In this document: positions 29,001-35,944 of the stretch, piece by piece
Numbering within the stretch: the first letter of the stretch is position 1
Layout of the letters: each line of letters opens with the position of its first letter
DNA from: a virus
IMG/VR virus record: IMGVR_UViG_3300010367_000050
Span: 1 to 64,000 of that record
DNA: 64,000 nt
Direction: 5' to 3' (one strand)
Translations under genes and position numbers: made by a program
Notes under the pieces: generated by a model
Told to the model about the DNA's origin: nothing
The model's database searches: none
Seen by the model: only the letters and a program-made list of their open reading frames with translations

Positions 29001-29839
29001 TAAAAGGTTGCAAAAGCACTTACGGAGTCACCGTGAAATCTAACAGCCCACTGAACAAGGGAGGGTATTCCTGTGATAGAGGGAGTTACGCCGTTGTTGA
29101 GGAGATCAATCCAGTGGGACTTGATGGTCCCCTCACGCGGGTAATAATCTTTGCGTTGAGTGGTAGGCTGGAAAAAGTTATTGCCTCGACTTCCAAACGT
29201 CTTCCCAGCGCGGTCATCCACAACCTGTGTCGTGCATGTTGGCGTCATGTAGTTTGGAGTATTGTCAACTGTATCAGTAACAGTTGAGTTCGCAGGTACA
29301 TACACATTCAAATTTGTGGCTGGTGCGCAAGCTGCTGTGTAAGCCGCTTGGATAGTGGCGTATGTTACGCCATCAGCTATTACCAGTCCTAATGCCGAAG
29401 TTGAACCTCCATTGGATGTTGAAATAACGTTGTACCCGGAGGTATCCGAAAAGGCCACTCCACTCTGTCCGTTAGCAAAGACAGCAGATGAGCCCGTTGT
29501 AGCCTTGACGCACACATTCTTACCGCCCAGTGTATTGTTCTTGACGTACACCGCCCTGCCAGGAGAGATTGGAAGAATCAAGCACCTGTCTGCAGTCAAA
29601 GAGACAGAGCTTGAAACGATGAAGGTGCCACGGAAGGGTCCGTCAGCGGCAGGAACAGTGCATCCGCTGGGAGATACGATATCGCAATCCGCATTGCCAA
29701 TCACAATAGACGACAACCCGTGATCGCTGTCCGTGGGCGAGTTTACTGTTGAGTGGGCACTCAAGCCGATACCCTGAGCATAGCTCATTGTCCCAGCAAA
29801 GGCCAACAGCAGAGCAAGAAATAATTTGCGCATTTTCAC
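26045..29839 (-). CDS. large tail spike / receptor-binding protein with signal peptide and probable SGNH esterase domain
   Basis: MRKLFLALLLAFAGTMSYA-Q; FHGDSV...GFGGSS...DPTTH SGNH-like blocks; ATTQTSADSSTLVATTAYVQ fibre motif; 22 Cys. Confidence 0.75.
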   Translation of the reverse strand: MKMRKLFLALLLAFAGTMSYAQGIGLSAHSTVNSPTDSDHGLSSIVIGNADCDIVSPSGCTVPAADGPFRGTFIVSSSVSLTADRCLILPISPGRAVYVKNNTLGGKNVCVKATTGSSAVFANGQSGVAFSDTSGYNVISTSNGGSTSALGLVIADGVTYATIQAAYTAACAPATNLNVYVPANSTVTDTVDNTPNYMTPTCTTQVVDDRAGKTFGSRGNNFFQPTTQRKDYYPREGTIKSHWIDLLNNGVTPSITGIPSLVQWAVRFHGDSVSAFATFYSIMQQSFGLGVAGYFTSTAHTGGANNEGFYGLGQGSINLNSGTSGSVTLSPNGAPDPTTPNGSSLILGSSSTTGTLTFNLVSAQMGTDTRQRNMQQASVFYLCDGKPSTINIQTSSDGLNYFNETLSSTQPSSCAATGGIVAVGVLGVGSGSGCGTLTLGATGGTGFVGTAFPNSLGQIDHVTVTSQGSGYNPYTSTITVTGGSCTGSLPTWGNLLTSNISIQEARVTHDGIGYVKVTNSGDAVKIVGFGLYNPNQSGIVIEDMGFGGSSYDSLFAAPDSYTAPWYNGMPIPDTTYVQYFDNRTEAGNGIETYFQKDYDRTNAQHVTKAATYGTSTACNAAGYGWDTQCRAYTADLVWVDAYQAGNTSTVNAVGPLDQAIMAQVNQINRGVSGNAMFLDVGFAQPNSHDGLTRLLFGVSDPTTHIGPGGRALLNSIAQQVGGIPPQDLFATKAFTAIEVGQGSVTAPSVKFTRTGGVGLYFDPALHQITALGGIISKGALVTQPDTLTTPTVYIPPAAVGSTSASYMICAAGGGNLNPSGCSPVVNVTTGPATLSATNYIQICLPRPILGAFYYSLIRTAGYSGPIVVYDTALYTNTKTNPCMYDTGGAGTVYTASKWNPSGYLVVNSPATPIDFGTVAGFKTPDNNYNVYFAQGSVLGGTGAWRIKTQDAANGANYCSFDIMTNGWSHAFQCGNTHGNDRVLSLQPFNFQVTATNNPNMDFAFSTGFMTGTVPIFRIKANSSSGACPSGGCGIFVSPDSSFAGYLALFSDSLNNRLWGLKQTGLELFGRSTLLTGVQGTTGTKLLSALGTFTSGHIVGIDSNLNAVDTTVLPNGTTATTQTSADSSTLVATTAYVQNAINNGLISTNVSTTISPAVFATGTMLGHVFYTTYVGTTGPLITARLEGSISCTVAPTINLMDLGTSPSTVYGSATTVQTLFTGTSDGVYQASGVTPTVSGHYYGIAISSGTCATAPTIDVSIYWTW

Positions 29840-29848
29840 AATTCCCCT

Positions 29849-30973
29849 TTAGTTATTTGGCCTCGGGCTATAGGACCCAGAGATGTAAGTATTGACAGTT
29901 GCGTACAGGCACATACCCACCGAATCGCTGTGTTGATTGGTGAACGTGAATGAAGTGCCAGAGTCCATAACGAGAGCAAACCCCGATACTGTGTCTGTCC
30001 ATGATGAGTGGGTACAGCTGCCCGGAGTCGCAACGTAAATCTTCTGACCTCCAGTTGGAGAGTATGGACCGTACACCTTGTTTACAACAGTCGTTACTAC
30101 CCCAGCGTCTGTCAGAGTTCCCGACGTGTTTAGAGTACAGTTGTTGCTACTGGCAGAACACGAGGTGGCTCCAGTAGTTCCAACTCCACCGAACGTACGG
30201 GCGTTCCAACTTACAGTCGTTGATTGTGTCTTGGGAACTCCGTTCCCGGTCGCGTTCAGGGTGAACGTTGTTGAACTCGCTGAATGTTTTACAAATGAGC
30301 CTGTTACCGAGCCGCTGGTGAACGGGCTACTGAGAGTTGTAGGAGAACTGATGCTGTCGGTATTGGTGATGGTAGCGACCGTTGGCGTCACCGAATACGC
30401 TGCGCTGAACGTTGGATTTGTCAGCGTTGTTCCAATCTCCAGCAACGTTGTAGGCGTCGTAAAGCTGTTGATGGTGAACGACGGACCTGACGAAATTGTG
30501 GTGGTACCCCCACCAGTGGAGATAGCAATGCCGTCACCGGCTACCAAGTTAGGAACATGATTGTCCACATATTGCTTCGTGGTCGCTTGCAACCCCGTAG
30601 TTGGGTCAGCAGGCAGCACAATTGCTCCGGTCATAGTACCACCAGCCAACGGCAAGTAGCCTGCAATGGTTCCGCTGAAGGAGCCAGTGAGAAGGCTCAG
30701 ATTTCCGCTTTGATCAATGGACAAAAGGTGGGTTCCGTCATTCTTGTCGATGTAGAAGGTTCCTGAATTGCGCAACCTCCACGGAGCGGAATTGTCTCCT
30801 GTGAGATAGCCTTCCAGCATCGTCATATTGCCATTGGCCACCACATCCCAATTTGGGTAGCCTTTGGGTGGTATGTAGAACTTCAACTTGGGAGTCTGGT
30901 ACTGAGGCCCAAGCTGCGCCTGGGCTGATAACAGACCAAACAATAGTGTGATGGCAAATACAATCCGTCGCAT
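29849..30973 (-). CDS. tail-fibre-like protein with signal peptide
   Basis: MRRIVFAITLLFGLLSAQA-Q; TPKLKFYIP..W..ANGNM anchor-like motif; YLPLAGGTMTG..ATTKQYVD fibre repeat; Ig-like Thr/Ser-rich region. Confidence 0.75.
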   Translation of the reverse strand: MRRIVFAITLLFGLLSAQAQLGPQYQTPKLKFYIPPKGYPNWDVVANGNMTMLEGYLTGDNSAPWRLRNSGTFYIDKNDGTHLLSIDQSGNLSLLTGSFSGTIAGYLPLAGGTMTGAIVLPADPTTGLQATTKQYVDNHVPNLVAGDGIAISTGGGTTTISSGPSFTINSFTTPTTLLEIGTTLTNPTFSAAYSVTPTVATITNTDSISSPTTLSSPFTSGSVTGSFVKHSASSTTFTLNATGNGVPKTQSTTVSWNARTFGGVGTTGATSCSASSNNCTLNTSGTLTDAGVVTTVVNKVYGPYSPTGGQKIYVATPGSCTHSSWTDTVSGFALVMDSGTSFTFTNQHSDSVGMCLYATVNTYISGSYSPRPNN

Positions 30974-31029
30974 GGACTCTCCTTTGAGTCAGGTCTGACG
31001 GAGAGTAGGACACGCTGTCAATCAACAGA

Positions 31030-31494
31030 TTAGGACGTTGTAGTGCCGCCCAAAGTGCTTACACCGAGTCTCCAGCAGTACTCTAGGTCCACACGGATAG
31101 TCACGTTTGCCCCGGTGAGATAACGGATTGCTGAGATCATACCCTGCTTCGTACCCCTGCGAGCATAGATGTCTGTCAACTGTTCCAGCTTGTTGCCAGC
31201 TTTCCAGCGTTCAGGAGTCATGAATGGAAACGGGGTGCCCAGCTTTTGAGCATTGTACGGGATGAAGTCCACGGGCGAATTTCTGACAACGCCGATCTGG
31301 CTCAATAGAACAGTAGCATCCTGTACCTCTTGTTGCTGGGAAGTGTACGCTTCAGCAAAATCCACAAGAGACCCGTCGTCCACTGTGATGTAGATTCCAG
31401 GTATGATCTCAAGTATGTCAATGGGGGTTGCTGAATAGCCCCCATAGCCACCTTCGCCCCATCCGCCCTCGCCCCATCCGCTTTGTGGTGTCAT
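31030..31494 (-). CDS. baseplate wedge, P2 gpI-like (N-terminal part)
   Basis: IPYNAQKLG..IYARRGTKQGMISAIRYLTG; follows baseplate J. Confidence 0.75.
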   Translation of the reverse strand: MTPQSGWGEGGWGEGGYGGYSATPIDILEIIPGIYITVDDGSLVDFAEAYTSQQQEVQDATVLLSQIGVVRNSPVDFIPYNAQKLGTPFPFMTPERWKAGNKLEQLTDIYARRGTKQGMISAIRYLTGANVTIRVDLEYCWRLGVSTLGGTTTS

Positions 31495-32921
31495 GAGAAA
31501 GTAACCGTCCCCAATACTGGAAATTCATTTACAGCTAGCTGTGTATCAGCAGGAGCAAGAATGGCAAGATTGCGAACCCCAGCAAGTTGCTGAAGAATGG
31601 CGATCTGAACAGATGTATAGATTCCCATACCGAACTCGGGTTTGAATCCGGAGTACCCATTGACTGGATCATACGCTGGATCATACATATTGATGAGAGC
31701 CTGGCGGATCACATTCTGTACGCTAACCTGTGTATAGCCTGTAGACACATTCAGCTGAATGTTGTAGTTCATCGTCCTGTACGTCGGGCCCATAACCACG
31801 ATCTCATGGCCAAGCACAACTGGCTTCGTCACTGTTAGCAGAGTGATTACGTCAGACTTCAACTGATCTGAAGGTTGTCCACCGCCCACCGGAACAATAA
31901 ACACTTCAATCATCTGACGTGGCAAGCTGGAAAGCGTCTTCCAGTTCACGGCCTGAGCTACCTGAACTCCAGGAATCTGAGTCACGGCGGACTCAATGTC
32001 GTCCAAAGTCAGCAGGGCTTGCGGAACCCGCAGATTGTCTACTGCGTGATAACGTACCTGATCCATGGTTTCCACATCGCCACCCGGAGTAGCCGCAAGA
32101 GCATTGATAGCCGTCAAACTCAAGGGCTGAGCGCTGCCAGCATCGTTGACGTCAGATACGGCATTGGTCAGCTGCTGAGCACCAATGGCTCCTTTGGATC
32201 CACCTCCTGTTTTGTATGACATTTGGATGTTGGCATTCACAGGCGGCTTCTTGCCAGTAGCTCCATTTCCAAAGATAACTGTCGACACGCCGTTTGAATT
32301 GGTATAGGTCGAGTAATGCGTGTCTGTAGCAAGGGAGTCGACAAAGTTTTTCACGAATGTCCAAGTTACCCCATTGACAACGACAACCACTTCGTCCGGC
32401 ATAACAGGGTAGTTGGTTAGATCGTACATCTGGTTAGCAGCACCAGTGCCGGTTGCGTTGTCAGTATATGACACCCACTGCTTCATCAAGACAGCGTCTG
32501 ATAGTGTGGCTCCGGCACGAATTACAACGGGCTCAGTGGTCTCATACACAATCCCAGGCAGGGTGGTGTTGAACTGAGTTCCGGCGGGAATTTCTGTATC
32601 TGCCGTGACTGCTGTTGCTGACTGAATCACCGCTGAAACATAGGAGGGTGTTTGCCAGCGTGGCGTGTATCCAAGGCCACGAGCGTGAGCAAACACATTC
32701 CTTGGATCCAATGCCTCCATGATGAAAGCTTCACGGGCCATACGATTGATGTATGCGAAGTTCATCTCTGCTACCATAGAGATGGCTTCAAGCAACATGA
32801 TCATATTGTTGGAGTCTTGGTTGTCGGTCCACTCCGGAAACTTGATGGTGAGGCGTGCGATCAACTCCTGAAGGAGACTGTCAGCAGTAACTGATGTCAA
32901 AGGAAGCTGGTCAACTGGCAT
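31491..32921 (-). CDS. baseplate J / T4 gp6-like wedge protein
   Basis: PEWTD, INRMAREAF, LGY, IPAGT, FGNGATGKKP, GGDVET, LTLDDIE. Confidence 0.92.
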   Translation of the reverse strand: MPVDQLPLTSVTADSLLQELIARLTIKFPEWTDNQDSNNMIMLLEAISMVAEMNFAYINRMAREAFIMEALDPRNVFAHARGLGYTPRWQTPSYVSAVIQSATAVTADTEIPAGTQFNTTLPGIVYETTEPVVIRAGATLSDAVLMKQWVSYTDNATGTGAANQMYDLTNYPVMPDEVVVVVNGVTWTFVKNFVDSLATDTHYSTYTNSNGVSTVIFGNGATGKKPPVNANIQMSYKTGGGSKGAIGAQQLTNAVSDVNDAGSAQPLSLTAINALAATPGGDVETMDQVRYHAVDNLRVPQALLTLDDIESAVTQIPGVQVAQAVNWKTLSSLPRQMIEVFIVPVGGGQPSDQLKSDVITLLTVTKPVVLGHEIVVMGPTYRTMNYNIQLNVSTGYTQVSVQNVIRQALINMYDPAYDPVNGYSGFKPEFGMGIYTSVQIAILQQLAGVRNLAILAPADTQLAVNEFPVLGTVTFS

Positions 32922-32930
32922 GAAGGACTC

Positions 32931-33329
32931 CTACAGAGAGAATTGAACCTGCGTGTTTGCTGTGGACTCCGTAAAGTCCGGATTGATAACTGTGTAGTTG
33001 ATGGTGATATTGAAGTTGTTGGAAGTATCTGTATCAATGGTTATGTCAGACGCTTCAACCTTGACCCTGGGCTCCCATTTCTTGATAGCTTCCAGTATTA
33101 GGTTTGTAATCAATTGCTTGGTCGAATCCGAGGTGTCCTCAAACTGCATACGGCACACGCGGCAGCCGAATGTGGGATTCCAAGGACGCTCTCCAGGAAA
33201 CGTTTGGAGAATCTGCAACAATGAGGAGTTGATCAATGCAATAGTATTATTGCGGACATAGGTCAACCTGCCTACCGCAGCCTTGCTGATCATCGGAAAT
33301 GGGAATCCAGACTGTTGACTCAGACTCAT
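32931..33329 (-). CDS. baseplate gp25/gpW-like sheath initiator
   Basis: ILQTFPGERPWNPTFGC..IKKWEPRV. Confidence 0.92.
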   Translation of the reverse strand: MSLSQQSGFPFPMISKAAVGRLTYVRNNTIALINSSLLQILQTFPGERPWNPTFGCRVCRMQFEDTSDSTKQLITNLILEAIKKWEPRVKVEASDITIDTDTSNNFNITINYTVINPDFTESTANTQVQFSL

Positions 33330-33350
33330 ATGGACCTCGTTGGATTATAT

Positions 33351-33938
33351 CTACACCATGCTAATAATGAGACCGCTCCGCACAGTAATCACCTTCCCAC
33401 TAGCCGTAAACACGCCGCTGGCTCCGGTAGCAAAGTCGGCGTTACCCTCCACGGATAGCTCGCCGGTTAGCGAGAGGTCACCATTTATAGAGAGATTCCC
33501 TTCCACTTGAATTCCTGCCGTAGCGACCTTGATGGACGTTTCCTCTACCCGTAACGTGATAGAATTATCAGAACGGTCTAGTACAATCCTAGCGCCCTCT
33601 TTGGTAATCAAGAGAATCTTGGAATTGGAAGCCTCGTCAGGGCTTTCTCCGGTACCCCACCACCCGCCAGACCAGAGCGGATATTCGGCTCTGCCATGAT
33701 CAAACTCTACGTACACCCAGTCTCCAACATCTGGAATATGCCATAATGAGAACGCGCCGGCAGCAGAGGCTATTGGTAGAGCCCACGTGTCAGGGTAGTC
33801 TTGAATGCCATGAACTTGTGGACAGTGCACCTTGATACGTCCAAGGTTGTTCGGGTCACTGTTATCAATAACTTTGGCCCTGTACTTGCCGTAGAACAGC
33901 CCACAATACTCTAGGCCATGTATAATCTCTTGGCTCAT
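33351..33938 (-). CDS. baseplate spike gpV / gp5 OB-fold protein
   Basis: YGKYRAKVIDNSDPNNLGRIKV..WA..PDVGDWVYVEFDHG. Confidence 0.92.
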   Translation of the reverse strand: MSQEIIHGLEYCGLFYGKYRAKVIDNSDPNNLGRIKVHCPQVHGIQDYPDTWALPIASAAGAFSLWHIPDVGDWVYVEFDHGRAEYPLWSGGWWGTGESPDEASNSKILLITKEGARIVLDRSDNSITLRVEETSIKVATAGIQVEGNLSINGDLSLTGELSVEGNADFATGASGVFTASGKVITVRSGLIISMV

Positions 33939-35191
33939 TTGATTGATCCTGTCTCTGCGTCCACGCTGACAGTCCTGTCTTTGGACTTGGTGTTTGAAGG
34001 CAGCTGCTTGTTCAAGGGTTCCTTGTTCTTCTCGCCGGTCTTGGTGTTATTACCGTGACGGGCTAACTCAAACTGAGTTGTAAATCCGGATTCTTGTCCT
34101 ATGCGATGTTCCACGCAGCAAGTGTACCAATTTCCTGAATCGCGCTTGGCCAGGCCTCGCACGTGTACAATATCCCGAGCTTTGGCCGAAGGGATGCCCT
34201 CTGTATAAATAGTTAGCTCACCTTTCTTCTTGCGTTTCTTGGTAAGCTCTCCTGTTGCCATAGCAGCTGTGTTATTGCCGAAGTAGTCTGGAGTGGACAT
34301 CACGTTCCCGACATCAGGAGGAATTTGTGAGATGTCAGTCTTGGATAATTCTGTCCATTTCAGAGCACCAGACTTGTAATTCTTGCCTTGAGCAGTTGTA
34401 GGGCTGGGCGAAGTTAGCCACGAATGTCCGTCCTCCCCGGAGATAGCCAAGGCCCTCGTGTCTCCTGATCCTTGACCTTTCACCACTTCCTTGGTGTATG
34501 GATTGATGCTTATGGCAGTAGTGGCGTTGTCGCCAAGAGACTTCTTGGCGTCCACATTCACAGTGGCAGTAAGTATGTTGCTATCCTCGCCCTGGCCAAA
34601 CACAAGTTCCAATCTTGGCACGGCTCCATAGTCTCGACGAGCAAACACAATAGTGTCATTTTCAAAGGATAGCTGATATCCAAACCTATCTGCTAACACC
34701 CGGAGAACTTGTCTATCGCTCCAGTTGGCGTGGGAGAAGGCTGGAACACGTTCAGAGCCTCCTGAGATGCTACTGTTCAATCCATTGCGAGCAGCAATCT
34801 CAGACACGATGTTGCGCAAAGAGGTTTCGCCATAGCTCTTTTGTGCTCTACGCGCTGCCAAAGTAGCTGACTTGGTGGTCGCCTTGATATGGCTGTAGAT
34901 ACCATCCATGGAGTAATGAGTGGATGGCTTCATGATTACATATCCAGAGCGTTCAGCGCTGAGGTCACCTCCGGTGTACCCCCATTTGATTCCAAGAATT
35001 CCTCCCACCTTGATGATAGCAGAATCGGCAATCTTGAATTTGGAGTCTTCACAAATCAGGGTAACCTCATTGTCACCTTCGTCTTCATCACGCACGTGTA
35101 CCTCTTCCAACTGTAAATCTGCTGGAAGAAAAAGGTGCCCGTCAATAGTGACGAACACCTCGACTCCTGAGAAACCTTTATATGTTGGCAT
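33935..35191 (-). CDS. baseplate hub (P2 gpD / Mu gp44-like)
   Basis: IVSEIAARNGL, SDRQVLRVLADRFGY, SGNWY..VEH; position before the spike. Confidence 0.85.
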   Translation of the reverse strand: MPTYKGFSGVEVFVTIDGHLFLPADLQLEEVHVRDEDEGDNEVTLICEDSKFKIADSAIIKVGGILGIKWGYTGGDLSAERSGYVIMKPSTHYSMDGIYSHIKATTKSATLAARRAQKSYGETSLRNIVSEIAARNGLNSSISGGSERVPAFSHANWSDRQVLRVLADRFGYQLSFENDTIVFARRDYGAVPRLELVFGQGEDSNILTATVNVDAKKSLGDNATTAISINPYTKEVVKGQGSGDTRALAISGEDGHSWLTSPSPTTAQGKNYKSGALKWTELSKTDISQIPPDVGNVMSTPDYFGNNTAAMATGELTKKRKKKGELTIYTEGIPSAKARDIVHVRGLAKRDSGNWYTCCVEHRIGQESGFTTQFELARHGNNTKTGEKNKEPLNKQLPSNTKSKDRTVSVDAETGSIK

Positions 35192-35495
35192 CCAACACCT
35201 CCATCTCCACGGCTCGTTGGCTGGGGATGCGTAAGGTGACGCCTACAGGTAGAAACAAAGGATGGTCCAATAACTGTGAAGCGTTAGAGTCATAGATGAC
35301 CCACCACAATCTTACATCCTTGTAAAACTTGTAAGCAAGCACCGGCAGACGGTCACCTAGCTTAGTGACATACTGGATGTCATCCACGCGTTGCTGCTCC
35401 AACAGTGGAACCCGTGTGCTGAACTCCAGGCTTCCATTCACGTTCAAAAGTGGACACCGGCTCGGAAGCTCATAAACTGAAATGTTCAAACTCAT
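35178..35495 (-). CDS. LysM-like tail protein (gpX-like)
   Basis: YVTKLGDRLPVLAYKFYKDVRLWWVIYDSN..GVTLRIP. Confidence 0.85.
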   Translation of the reverse strand: MSLNISVYELPSRCPLLNVNGSLEFSTRVPLLEQQRVDDIQYVTKLGDRLPVLAYKFYKDVRLWWVIYDSNASQLLDHPLFLPVGVTLRIPSQRAVEMEVLDANI

Positions 35496-35941
35496 TGAAT
35501 ACCTCCCAAGCCTGTATAAACTGTGTCGTCCTCAATCTCATCCAGCCGTAGTCTCACACGAGTCTCTTGTATGGACATACCATCAGCGTATGTAAAGATG
35601 GGCGGTTAGTTGTCTACCTCCAGCAAAAGATAACGCTTGCCCACGTATTGAGAACCAATGTTGATGTAGAACGGGTGAGGCGCTCCTGTGTCTGATTGCG
35701 CCCGTAGCCAACTCTTTAGCAGAGCTACCTTGGAGTCTGTATCAGGTCCCAACAAGAAAATCTCAAGCTGTAACTCGCTGTCACCGCATCCTACCCACAA
35801 GTGATTGGATAACCTGCGGCCAATTACATCGCGCTTGGCAAAGTTTGTGCGTTGCCGCTCCTTTGTAACCGGCTCGAAGTCAAATTCAAACTTTGTAAGG
35901 TTGACAACATCAACGATGCTACCCCGCTTTCTGTCACTCAT
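35492..35941 (-). pseudogene. tail tube initiator (P2 gpU-like) interrupted by an in-frame TAA at 35606-35608
   Basis: After TAA the same frame continues PPIFTYADGMSIQETRVRLRLDEIEDD... to a TGA overlapping the next ATG. Confidence 0.7.
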
Positions 35942-35944
35942 GCT

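Noticed and set aside
35606-35608. Genome-wide stop codon reassignment
   Set aside because: TAA, TAG and TGA all end many well-bounded genes; long genes are intact in code 11 and no suppressor tRNA was seen.
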